A DNA stretch of 64,000 nucleotides, taken from assembly GCF_009914755.1 (NCBI RefSeq), contig NC_060947.1, one strand, 5' to 3'. Both the position numbers and the translations under genes were made by a program. The DNA comes from the human T2T-CHM13v2.0 reference genome, Homo sapiens. Below are positions 1 to 17,425 of this stretch, piece after piece. The notes below the pieces were generated by a model. The model worked only from the letters and a program-made list of their open reading frames with translations. It did not search any database and had not been told where the DNA came from. Within the stretch, counting starts at the first letter, position 1; every line of letters starts with the position of its first letter.

Positions 1-1379
1 ATATATATTTAGAGATATGCAAGAACAAAATTATGAAACATCAGCATCTCACTATAAACTAGTCTTTTCCACTAGTATAATAGTCAATCATTCTGAAATA
101 TTGATATCTCAAATTAGTGTAATTCTAAAACAAGGTATTCAAAGCCAAAGTGAATATCAGTGCACATTATAAATCTTTCATTACATAGATTTTAACATTT
201 AATATGTTTAAAACAGTAATAAAACATGCATATACTTATTCATAGGGTATCTAAACGTGTATACATTATACTAAATATAAATAGCATGTCTCTGGAGAAT
301 TTTAGTCTTGTCCATAAAAACAGCTGCCAGAAACCTCCACTGAACCAGAAATTGAAAAGGAAATATAGCATTAGGATTAGTACATCTGGTTAGTTCACTT
401 TTGCCACTAATGATCACAAAATCTAAGCTAATGGAATAAAGATCTCTGAATCCCAAAGTAATTTCTAACTAGAATGATGGAAATGCTTTTATGAATATAT
501 GTTTGGAAAGCCACTGAAATTAATAATGACAATGAATTTTAAAATTAATATTGAAGCAAAGTTCTTCTGAACTTGTGATTTCCTTCGCTGTCACAAAATT
601 AATTGTGCACATTACTCCTCAAATACTCACTATACTGATTCTATAAAGGTATCTTCTGTGGTGTGAAAAACTCAGGCAGGCTAATGTGATGGTTTTGTCA
701 ATACTTCCACAAGTGGTGTCAGTGACTCATCTTTGAACTGTGTGATGGCATAAGCATCAGTAAGGTAGGCATCTATCATTCCCAAATCCATATATGCTGC
801 AGAGTAAGTCCACCGAGAGGGCCCTGCATAGAGAACTGATGATAGCTGGCCTCCCAAGCAGCTGCCATTTATTTAGGGAACATAAGCTGAGTGGGCAGAA
901 GAACCCTCTTAAGAAGTTACTGAAGCATGGCATTCAGATTAGGTAGCATAGTTGTGGACTCCTGGGAGCAGAAGTGGCAGAGCAGATAGCTCTTTTCTAT
1001 CCTAGTTGTCAGGCAGACAGTGAGCAGAAGCAGCAGGGTGACAGACCGCCACTTCAGTTACTAGCAGAAGGCTACATATCATTAAGGACTTTGAAATATA
1101 AAAATTACTGTACCGAAACGTACAGCTCTATAGTCAAGAGAGATCCTTCCCAGAGACCCAAATCAAGACATCTGGCAATCTTTCTTCACAAATGAGACTT
1201 TCTATTAGAAAATGGGATTCAAGGATTTAGCTCAGAAAAAGGACTTATTACACAATTACTAACAAACTTTACAAGCTCTAGATATGAGAAAAGCCCATTA
1301 GGTTGTCACTTTTCTCCACCCCCAGAATTATTCTATATGCTACAAAAGATGTTTTAACCAAAAAAAAGTATAATTTATA

Positions 1380-1775
1380 GTTAGAAAAGTTCAGAATCAT
1401 CCTTGTAAATTTGCATAAATTTATCACTGAGCCTCAATTTTCTCCTCTTTAAAATGGGAATAATAATTTTTCTTTTTATTATTTTTAGCATTAACAATGT
1501 TTTAAATGTGCCTGGAATATTGTAGGTATTAAATGCATGGGAGTTGTAATTAGTACTCATTAGGAAAAAAAATACCCTTTACATTTGGAAAGCATTTTCT
1601 TTATTCCAAAATGCTCTCACACATTAGCTTGTGAAGTAGGTAGAACATTCTTATTTACACATTCATTTTACAAATGAAGGACATAGGTTTCAGCAACAGT
1701 GACTTGCACTAGCTTATTAGTGGTAGAGATTGCACTGAAAATCAAGTCTTCTAACTTCATTTCCACTGTTCTTTG
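1380..1775. mobile_element. Two degenerate MIR SINE fragments in opposite orientation
   Basis: MIR-core-like 'ctgagcctcaattttctcctctttaaaatgggaataataa' (~1427) and the reverse-type 'attcattttacaaatgaagg...agtgacttgcac' (~1661). Confidence 0.65.
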
Positions 1776-1790
1776 ACTTGTAAAAATTTA

Positions 1791-3031
1791 TTAGTTTGGT
1801 GTAAAAGTAATTGTGGTTTTGGACCATGGATTTTAAATCATTACAACTAGGCTCACATTTTTGCAAACAAGAAATGTTTGTTTATTCCTGTACTGTAAAA
1901 ATCCATGCTTTGGGATTTGATAAAGTCTTGGAAAGCATTTTCTGCATCCTGCTGGTTGTGGAAGCGTTTTCCCTGCAATAAAAGTCGAGATGCTTGAAGA
2001 AGTGGTAGTCGGTTGGCCTCTCGAGAGGTCAGGCAAATATGGCAGAAGAGGTAAAAGTTTATAGCCCAATTTATTCAACTTTTGAAGCATTGGTTGTGCC
2101 ATGTGTGGTTGGGCATTGTAGTAAAGAAGAACTGGGTCCTTTCTATTGACCAATGCTGGCTACAGGCCTTGAAGTTTTCGGTGCATCTCATTGGTTTGCT
2201 GGGCATACTTCTCAGATGTAATGGTTTTGCCGGGATTCAGAAAGCTGTAGTGGGTCATACCAGCAGCATATCACCAAACAGTGACCATGACTTTTTTTGG
2301 CGCAAGTTTGGTTTTGGGAAGTACTTTGGAGCTTCCTCCCCATCCAGCCACTGAGCTGGTCATTGCCAGTAGTTGTATAAAATCCGCTTTTTGTCACAGG
2401 TCACAGTCCAATCGAGAAATGGTTCATTGTTGTTGTGTAGAATAAGAGAAACATTGTTCAAAACAATGATTTTCTTTTTTGTTTTCTCTTGGCTCATGAG
2501 GCACCCACTTATCCAGCTTTTTCACCTTTCCAATTTGCCTCAAATGCTGAACGACCATAGAATGTTCGACCTTGAGTTCTTCGACAACTTCTCGTGTAGT
2601 TGTAAGAGGATCAGCTTTGACGATTGCTCTCAATTGGTCATTGTCAACTTCTGATGGCCGGCCACTGCACCGTTCATCTTCAAGGCTCTCGTCTCCTCTG
2701 CAAAACATCTTGAACCACCACTGCACTGTACATTCGTTAGCAGTTCCTGGGCCAAATGTGTTGTTGATGTTGGGAGTTGTCTCCACTACTTTATGACTCA
2801 TTTTGAACTTGAATAAGAAAATCACTCAAATTTGCTTTTTGTCTAACATCATTTTCATAGTCTAAAATAAACATAAAATATCCAGCAAATAATAAGTCAT
2901 TAGCAAAAATAAAGTGAGAAATGCTCATTAAAATGATGTATAACATAACCAGTTTATTTAATAATGTATTCCAGTATCAAACGGCAAATTCCAACAATGC
3001 AAAAATCGCAATTATGTTTGTGCCAACCTAA
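1791..3031 (-). mobile_element. Hsmar1 mariner DNA transposon, near full length (1241 bp)
   Basis: 30-bp TIRs ttagtttggtgtaaaagtaattgtggtttt (1791-1820) and aaaatcgcaattatgtttgtgccaacctaa (3002-3031); TA target duplication at 1789-1790 and 3032-3033; transposase remnant inside. Confidence 0.97.
1856..2858 (-). pseudogene. Disrupted Hsmar1 transposase (SETMAR-related family, not SETMAR itself)
   Basis: Reads MKMMLDKKQI* (TGA at 2826-2828), then FGPGTANECTVQWWF, WVPHE, VTCD, YLPDL and PTDY motifs, with several stops and frameshifts. Confidence 0.95.
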
Positions 3032-3219
3032 TATAAAGTATGCATTTAGAATATTTAGAGTTTTATTCAAGTGATTCGTTGATTTTTAAATGTGTTCTGA
3101 TAAATGTAAAAAATACAGAAATAGATGGAGTAATGACATAAGAAATATATAAGGACCCACTGCACAGATTTTGTACAAGGACCCATAACACAGATTTTGG
3201 TTCAAAACCTCTCTCCAAT

Positions 3220-3331
3220 CAATTTCTCTCTCCTCCTCCCCCTTCTCTCCAGTCCCCCTTCCCTCCTTCTTTCACTCTTTCTCTTTCCTTCTCACACTCT
3301 TCCTCTCCCTCTTCTTCTTCCCACCCCCTCT
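3220..3331. repeat. TC-rich polypyrimidine low-complexity tract
   Basis: Nearly pure C/T run on the + strand. Confidence 0.85.
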
Positions 3332-4668
3332 TAAATTATGAGGTTAGGTTGTGGAATACATCAAACATCAACCATAAAAGACAGTGGTATCATCTATTTT
3401 TAATTCCATTCCCCTCCACACAGAAGCTACTACCATATATTTAAAGTGTAAACTGTTTTTTTCACTCTGTATTTTTTGTATTTGTACACTTTTAGAGTGC
3501 CCAAAAGAATCATGAATAGAATTATATTGTACAAATATTCTACGACTCACTTTTATGTCTCAACATTTTATTTTTTAGATCGTCATGATAATATAGACTA
3601 ATTGAGTTTAATCACTTTAACTTCTGAGTAGCCTTTTATTATATGAATAGAACTTACATGTTTTATATAATTCTTAACCTTCTTTTCAACCAGTAAAAAT
3701 GTCTCAATTAATTATCTGGAATCTATTAAATGCAAAATCTATTAATCTGTTAAAGCTTCCTTTTCTGAAATTATGCTTATTTAATTGTGTCAGATGTACC
3801 ATGAGACTAGAATATTTATCCTCTCTTTATTAGCTGTATAGTTCTCTTCAAATGGCTACAGGAGAAATTAATGGTGTACAAATTACCTATATTTATGCTT
3901 ATTTATGTACAATATATTATATTCTAAGAAAACTTTCTTAAAACCTTCAAATAGGGTAACACATTTAAAATTTCATTTTTTAATTTTTTTTGTTTTTATT
4001 ATACTTTTTTAATGCTATTTCATGTTATATATTTTGAAGATAAGCTCTTAGCTTTGTACAAATTTATAATTGCCATGTATTTATCATAAATGTTGGCTCT
4101 TATTATATTATAGTTATCATTAGTTTTATTATTATGGATTCTTGGCATGTGAAATTGTATTTTATGTAATATTACATATTATCTTATTATCTTCTATTTG
4201 TTTAGTTTGTCAGATACATATTGCCTTCCAACCCTGATGATTCAAATGTATCTGTCAGTTTGCTTTTGGGGTTTCTCTTAATAAGCCACACACATCTAAT
4301 TTTCAAGACTCTAGTTTCTTAATGTCTTCTAATGAATGAATTTAATCAATTTATAATTCTCATTTTATAATATATGTATTTATTTTACTATTTTAAAAAA
4401 TTGTCATGCTTTGGTTTCATATTAATTTTCTTCCCGCATTCTATTATTCCGTTTTAATCGAGGTCCTTAACATTAAACATCCATATTAATTTTATATTTA
4501 ATTCACAAATTTAGAGTGCGCCCATGATTTTTCTCATCCCTTACATGACAGAATTTATTCAAATATCGTCTACCATTCATCCCTCTATTTTTCCTAGTCT
4601 TTTCATTAAGTTTTGCTTTTAAACAATTCCAAACTTTACTACAATATTTTAAAATCTCACATGTTTAC

Positions 4669-7093
<2,425 letters not shown>

Positions 7094-8965
7094 TAAAAAG
7101 TTAACTTTTTTATCTTTAATTGATTATAAATGTGTTTGTCTTCAGTCAATATTTTGCTCAGGTTTCCTAAGTTTTCTAATAAATATTGCTTTAGGGAACA
7201 GCTATCGTTTGTTTGCAGAATGAATAAATATGTTGTTGAATTATTTGGGACACAAAATACAAGTAACTTTTTATAGAAACCTCTTTATAATACCAAATAA
7301 GGTATAAGTACTTTCAAGAGACTTTTAAAATAATCTCAATGATATAGCAATCTCAAAGGTTATTTATTTTTGTTTTTAAATAGTTAGTGAAACCATTGAA
7401 AAGCTTTTACAAAAAAGTTAATAAATTTGCTTTTTATTTTATTCCATAAAGCCAGTTTTCAAAATTTATTACAAAACACAGCAATGACTCTACATAAGAA
7501 AATGATTTGTAAAGGTCTGACAAATTTGAAGGCTTTGCCAAATATGCACCACAAAACATTCATTGTTGTTAGATTAATTTACTCAGGATTATTGATACAT
7601 TTTCATTCTGGGTTAGTATTTTCTTTTCATGTGAAAAATATTAAATAACATATATTATTTACATTCATAGTCATAGAAATGTATTAAGATCTCTACATTT
7701 CATTGCTTTGTTAGAAATGTCCTAAAGCTCTAACGAGATTGCTTTTAAAGATATACATTACTCAATTACTTTAAAAAGTATATCCATGTCCTGAGTTGAT
7801 ACTAGGCCCAGATGAATTATATGGCCAAACACACATAAAAAGTGCAAGCCTAGCTACTTTATAGTGTAGGCACATACACTGCACCACAATTTCTGCAATG
7901 CTTCAATAATAGATGAGAAGTTGCTCTATCTGTTTCTGTGAGCCAGATAGCAGTGAGAGTCTCACTGGCTAGTTGTATTTCTCCTATGTGACACTAGATT
8001 AGAATTTGATGAGTAATGTTTCTGTCTTGATCTCAGAGAATATATGGGCCACTCTATTGTAGCTGTCAGTTTTGAGTATGTGCAGTACAACTTTGATGAT
8101 AAAAGAGAAAGTTAACAAATGACTGTAAAAGTGGTCATATCGCATGGTAGTTTTAATAGAGCAGAAGTAGTTGTGATTACACCAGAGTAACATTATCAGG
8201 TTTTTTTTCGTGTGTCTATTCCTATTATCAGGTACCCAGAGAGGTCATGAAGAAAAATAATCAAAGTCCTTGGGGCTGCAATCTTTTCAAAGACGAGGTT
8301 GATATAAAGGTGAGGTTGATTTTAGGGTCAATCTGTATAGACCACTTTAAGAACATTCCTCTCCATCAATTCACTATGTATTTCTTACTTTGACACCAAA
8401 CATTTAACCAATTGTCTACCTTACCAAATTAAATGCATCTGAATTTGACTGTAGAGTTCAAACATCACCACAGGAAACAATTAGAATATCTCTTGAAACC
8501 TAACCATATGTGCCTTCTCTTACATAGGTAATAAACTCTGTGTCAGGACAGTATGAAGTATCTCACATCCAATAAACCATCCAAACAATGAACTAGGTGA
8601 GTTATTTATTTATTTACTTATTTAAAGTGTGATGAGTTAATGCATAGCTTGATCTTTCAACTGGTTGGCTTCCTTTAGGAAAAATCTATACCACATAACT
8701 TCAGAGAAGAGTTTAGTTTTCTTAAGTAAAGGACGCATGGATAGACAGTTTCTCTATTATGTCTTCCAACATGGCATGCCAATTACAAACAAAAGATTTA
8801 GCAGTGTCAAGACTTCAAATACATATACGAAATTCTCTCGTACCTCTTGTAGGTTTACATTATGGTGCTCAATTAGCTGAAAGAGACACTCAATTCTATT
8901 TTGTAAACAGAAACATATGTACATACATGCATATTATATTTAAGTTATATTTTATCCCATTAGTT

Positions 8966-9166
8966 CAGGGATCAACACACTGTCCCACCACCTGTTTCTC
9001 TAAACAAAGTTTTATTGAAATACAGCCACATCCATTATTTCACATATTGTCTGTGGCTGTTTTCCCATTACGACAGCAGAGTTAATTAGTTGTGACAGAC
9101 CAAATGGCCAGCAAAGCCTAATATTTTAATAATCTTGCCCTTTAAGGAAGACTTTGCCAACTCTTG
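8966..9166. mobile_element. MER58A-like hAT-Charlie MITE
   Basis: aaagttttattgaaatacagccac...gcagagttaattagttgtgacagac...aaagcctaatattt...tttgccaactcttg. Confidence 0.85.
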
Positions 9167-10179
9167 CACTAATTGATTTATTTTAAAAGCGTACAAGGAA
9201 CATATTTGCATAATCAATAAGCTGTCATGTTCCTTGCTTCTATAACGAATGCTCGTTTATAAATATTTTTAAGGAATATAATATACACTGACGTCAATAT
9301 TCTTTTTTTTTTCTGTAAGCATTCTTTGTTCAGTGAGCACATGGTTCCATTAATGAGAATCTGAGGGAGCTGGTATCATTGCCAAGGGGGAGCCTGACCT
9401 GACCTTCTCATTCAAAAAAGATCTAGTTAGTATCCATACTGAGGGACAGATTTTGAATATGTAAAAGTACGTATCAGCAGTTCATTGAGCCAAATAAAGG
9501 CTTATTGATTAAGCAGGGTGCTACTGACATTCAAAAACCACTGATGTGCTTAGAAATGGGTAATCCAAATGCCTAGATTAGATTAGGGGAAAAGAGTTCA
9601 GATGATGCTGACATTGATTTTTCAGTAACTTTTTGCATTATAATGTCCATATTTTCTGAGTCCAAATAAAGAGAAGATATATAAATGATTTAACAGCATA
9701 ATGGTCTCTTGAAAAGTTGTATAACCTATTATGTTTCTTCATTATTTTGAAATAAAACAAATGCTTTTGTTTTCTATGTATTTGGAATTCTTTTACTTAA
9801 ATAAGACGTCATTGTAATAAAGGACTATGACAAAGACAGAATCAAGCAAATAATTAAGCATTTAACATAATAAAGAAATATGAGAGGTATAATCGACTCC
9901 ACAGTTCACTGTAATTTGACATTGTCAAAGGTAGCCTGATTTTTGGTTTCTTTGGTCACAAATTCACGCAGAATGCTTCAGATTATTCTAGTCAAGAGTC
10001 TTAATCCATTGCATCTAAGTGAAAAAAAAGGTAAGATTAGAATTAGACAGATAAATTGTTAGTGAGGGGAAGGATTAATGAATGCAACATATAAGGAGCA
10101 GGGCTATCAGATTGAAACATACTTAGCTAATTCTACTTAAATAATGTTGCTAGGTGATAGGAATTTCCTTGGTTCACAT

Positions 10180-10811
10180 CAGTGATTCTCAATTCGTTCC
10201 ACTTTAGGAGCACCTGGAGTTCTTTTCAGATAATACCAAATTACAATGTACACTACTCAGGGGATGGATACACTAAAAGCCCAGACTTCACCACTATACA
10301 TCCATGTAACCAAAACAACTTGTGCTTTAAAAGCTATTGGAATGAAAGAAAAAATTTAAGGTAGGTGACCTGAGATCTTCAAGGGCAAAGCCAACCTAGA
10401 ATGGAGTTATACACCAGCTGTCAGAGTCACCATTAGGACATGATACACAGTAGACACTTCTCCCTCTGGCCTGTCTTCTTAATAGAATATGAGTTGTCAA
10501 GTGACTAAGTATGTGAGATTGGGATGACATTGAAGAAGACACCTTATTGAGACTTTAAAAATCATGGAAGTTTCCCTGTCTGAGTCGGTCTTGGGCCAGG
10601 ACATTACCTGTCTCTCATGGTGGAGTGGGAGCTATGTCGTCAATAAAATCTTTGAGAATTCTCCAAGCCAAAAAAAATAAGATAATACCAATTATTAGGC
10701 CCCACTCCAAATTAGTTATATCAAAATCACTGGTGTTGGGGCCTGAGAGTAGCTAGGGCCTCAAAGTTCCCCAGGTGATTCCAACGTGTATCAAGGGCTG
10801 GGAAACCACTG
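10180..10811. mobile_element. MER5A hAT MITE interrupted by a retroposed insert (10240-10679)
   Basis: Ends cagtgattctcaa and gggaaaccactg; right part contains ggccccactcca and gttccccaggtgattc. Confidence 0.85.
10241..10338 (+). mobile_element. L1PB/L1MA-type extreme 3' end fragment (~100 bp)
   Basis: tacaatgtacactactcagg...cactaaaagcccagacttcaccactataca...ccatgtaaccaaaac...aaagctattg followed by an A-rich tail. Confidence 0.85.
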
Positions 10812-11559
10812 AATAGATTAAAAATATGAGACAGTTTTCCCATTAGATATGGAAAATTTTGAGAAGCGATACAAAATTTTTAGGAACTTTTGGGATTGAG
10901 GCTATTAATAATTTATGAAGCAAGGTGATAGTCATAGTTCCCAGTTGTTTGAATGGATTTATTCAAACTGAGTATTCAGCGAACTTATTCATAGAATACA
11001 AGTAGGTAAAATGGTTAGGACATGATCTAGTGTACTGGGACTCTGAAAATATTAAAATCTGAGATTGATTGATTTTTGGTTTTCAAATCATATTCGGGTT
11101 CTCTCCTTTGGAGAGTGATATGCTGGCCAATGGCAACATCCATCTTGAAAATTTTGTTGAAAATAAACCTAAAGTAAGACAATGTCTCCTCTTTTATGGT
11201 CAAACAAGGGTATTTGTGCAACATGAAAGTGAAAAATAAACCTACTAAATCCTTGATTTTTAAAAGCTTGATCTACTTATTAATGGATGCTCCTTGAAGG
11301 AGGTCCACATAAATCATATTCTAATAGGTTGCTTAAACTTTCATAGTGTATCTTAAGTAACTTAATAGAAAAATTCAGGAAACATGTTTTCCTGAATAGC
11401 AAATATAGGAAAATATAGTCAAATGATTTGAAGTAATTATTTACTTTATTATATAAATGAAAAGATTCACAGATAAGAAACTGGGACTCTCCCAAACTAT
11501 AGCTAGTGTTCACTTTATTGATAGATGCCAAAATGGACTGAGTGAAGTTTTTTTTTAAA

Positions 11560-11965
11560 AATACATTTATACATATTATATATGTATTAGTAAGAGATAA
11601 ACATTAGAAATTATATATTATGATTTTATACATAATATATATTTCTATACATAATTTTATACATAATTATATAATTATATACTATATTATGTATTACATA
11701 TATCTGAAGCTACTATATTATATAGAAACTTCTATAATATCATATGATATAGAAGCTTCAAATATATGTAATATCTAGTATGTATTATATTATTTACATA
11801 TAATATATAAATAATACATGTAAATAATATATGTATAAATAATATATGTATATCATATATAAGTACATTAATATATGTATATATAATATACATTATACAT
11901 ATATTATATATAAATATATAATTTCCTCATATACGATTTCTAATTTTCATCTATCTTACTAAGGA
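11560..11965. repeat. AT-rich low-complexity region forming a degenerate palindrome
   Basis: Inverted arms ttagtaaga...tcttactaa with nested inner inverted repeats. Confidence 0.8.
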
Positions 11966-12029
11966 CAAGAAAATTCTAAATGACTGTCAATGTTCTTATA
12001 TTTAATTTTTTAAAAAGTATTTATTGACA

Positions 12030-12800
<771 letters not shown>

Positions 12801-12809
12801 TGCTTTTTA

Positions 12810-13150
12810 CACTGTGCATGTAGCAGGTGCTCTTTTAGGTGAACAGAAAAATAACATAACTAAAATCATGGTTCTTGCATCTTAGGGGATGAAAACAGAT
12901 AAAAACAGAAAACAAGTAAATAAATAAGATACTCTTGAATAATGTTACTGTGAAGGAAATATAATGGGGTGGTACAATTATGTCGTAGAAAGAATTGGGG
13001 TGAAGAGTGTTATTTATACAGGAAGACTTCCCAGAAGACACCATGTTTAGCTGAGCTAATCATTGGGAGACCTTAGGAAAGGACATCCAGACAGACATTT
13101 TGTAAGGCCAAGAAATAAAGGAAGGCCAGTGTAAATAGAGTTTAATGAAC
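12810..13150. mobile_element. L2 fragment
   Basis: Degenerate L2 3'-region-like sequence (caggtgct...taggtg, ggaagacttccc, aaggaaggccagtgt). Confidence 0.5.
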
Positions 13151-13644
13151 TACCAAGGAGCTCATAAAAGCTTCAATGCTTCAATTTAAAATTTAGGTAT
13201 TTTTTTTAACCTAAACTATCTCTGGGTGGGCATTTTGCTTTTTTAAAAAACTTAGACTGAGACAATTCTAGGTGTCAGAAAACTACAAGTAAAAAGGCTG
13301 CCACAAAGAACAATTCTTAGGTTAACTTACCAGCCAGAGATAGAGTGAAATATACAGTTGAGATTAATATGAGCCTTTGTTAAACTGGAGGGTAAGTGTG
13401 ACTTGGCCTCCCTCTTCTGGAGAAGAGATTACAAACGGAATTGTTTCCTTTGAGTTAAAGCTTCCTATTCCCAATATAAATTAAGTAAAATAGTATGTTG
13501 GGCTTAAATTTTAAAAGCCTTAATTAAGTTTTGTAATGTTTCCTGATAACATATAATTTTGCCCAGAGATTATTTATGGACCAAAAAAGAAAAGAGAGGA
13601 AGAGACAAAGAATAGATTTCTTTAAATTTTATTCTTTTTTTCTT

Positions 13645-14050
13645 TTTTGTATTAATTATTCTTATTTATTTTTATTATTATACTTTAAGTTCTAGGGTAC
13701 ACGTGCACAACGTGCAGGTTTGTTACATAGGTATACTTGTGGCATGCTGGTTTCCTGCACCCATTAACTCGTCATTTACATTAGGTATTTCTCCTAATGC
13801 TATCCCTCTCCCAGCACCCCACCCCTCAACAGGCCCAGGTGTGTGATGTTCCCCTCCCTGTGTCCACGTGTTCTCATTTTTCAACTCCCACTTACGAGTG
13901 AGAACATGCAGTGTTTGGTTTTCCATCCTTGTGATATTTTGCTGAGAATGATGGTTTCCAGTTTCATCCGTGTCCCTGCAAAGGACATGAACTCATCCTT
14001 TTTTATGGCTGCATAGTATTCCATGGTGTATATGTGCCACATTTTCTTTA
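13645..14050 (-). mobile_element. L1PA (about PA6-8) 3' end, copy 1
   Basis: tatactttaagttctagggtac...ggtgtatatgtgccacattttcttta. Confidence 0.95.
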
Positions 14051-14367
14051 TTTCTTATTATACTTTAAGTTCTAGGGTATATGTGCACAATGTGCAGGTT
14101 TGTTACATAGGTATACATGTACCATGTCGGTTTGCTGTACCCATCAACTCATCATTTACATTAGGTATTTCTCCTAATGCTATCCCTCCTCCAGCCCCCC
14201 ACTCCCTGACAGGCCCCGGTGTGTAATGCTCCCTGCCCTGTGTCCAAGTGTTCTCATTGTTCAGTTCCCACCTATGAGTGAGAATATGCGGTGTTTGGTT
14301 TTCTGTCCTTGTGATAGATTGCTGAGAATAATGGTTTTCACCTTCATCCATGTCCCTGCAAAGGACT
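14051..14367 (-). mobile_element. L1PA (about PA6-8) 3' end, copy 2, directly abutting copy 1
   Basis: Second tatactttaagttctagggta...catgtccctgcaaaggac. Confidence 0.95.
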
Positions 14368-15032
14368 TTTCACTCTCTTTCTTTACCTAGTGAACAGGAT
14401 CAATAAGACAGATAAAGTAAGATGAGGGTATTGAAGGTAATATTTTTCCTCTGGTTATTGGCTCAAAGGATCAATGATATTAGAGATGATTATTATTCCT
14501 CACAGACTGATGGCTGAAAAATACAAGGGATCCTCAAGAAATCACAATATGGATATAGTTTTTAAATCTCCATTTTAAAGTGGCTGTATCAATGTTTTTG
14601 CCCCTCCATTGTGTGTGATTTGATGTTTAAAGTGATAAACATCTGTCTTAGCTCTAAGAAAATGGACCAGAGTGGTTTCTTGCCTTACCCAACCTGTGGC
14701 AGAACTGCCCAACAACTTTCATAGTATTTTAATACCGTTGTTATAACATATATTTTATTTTTTTAATTTGGCATTTGTTATTACAGATATTGGTTACTCT
14801 CTGCATATCTCCACCCTCAAATTATTACTAACACCCCTCCTTGTGTTTACATTAAGCAATTTACTGTTATAAAGATTAACTTTGTAAATAAACTATATAT
14901 AAAATCTCCCCCAAAATACAAATATATTTATTCCTAATTATTTTCACAAATACAACAAATCATACCTAGGCATGCAGGGCAGTGGAGAGGGGATAATTAG
15001 ATGTATCTGTATAGCAAAGACTCGAGAGAAGA

Positions 15033-16835
<1,803 letters not shown>

Positions 16836-17029
16836 AGAGAGAACAAGAAAGGCAGAACTGGGACAAAGCCTGAGAAGGGAGGTGCAGTGGAATATCCCAA
16901 TGGGACCCTGGAAATGTTTGTGAAAATGATTGCTTTAGTTTGGGGGGGGGAAGACCAAATGAGATTTATTCCTTGACTACCCCTCTGTCCTCATCTCTTA
17001 CTCTTTCTGCCTTGCTCACAGCAAGACAG

Positions 17030-17425
17030 AAAAATGCCCAAGACATACTCCTAACAGGTCCTTTCATTTGTTTTCCAAGGAACTCTTTCCCCCACAGAAA
17101 GTTACAGGACAATGTCCCTTACTTCATTCCAGTCTCTAATTGTCTCCTCTAAGCAGCTTTTTCTGGCCATGCTACCAAAATTACTAATATTGTCCTTCTC
17201 TGCCACCATATTCTACTATATTTTAATTCAGACTACTGATTAGAACCTAGTCATTTATTCATCTATTCATTTTTTTTTATCTAGAGTGTAATGTCTGCCT
17301 CCTACCTTAAACTGTGAATTATGAGGCTGCAACTTTATTGGTTTCATTCAACAGTGTATTCCTCATTCAAAGAACATATGGTATATAGAAAGCATTCAAT
17401 GCATTTATATAGAATAAAGAATGAA
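17030..17425. mobile_element. L2 3' fragment
   Basis: gtctgcctcctacc...aactgtga...cattcaatgcattta...gaataaagaatgaa. Confidence 0.55.

Noticed and set aside
2424-2825. SETMAR gene or an active transposase
   Set aside because: No SET exons, multiple stops and frameshifts, and it is flanked by TIRs, so it is a dead Hsmar1 copy.
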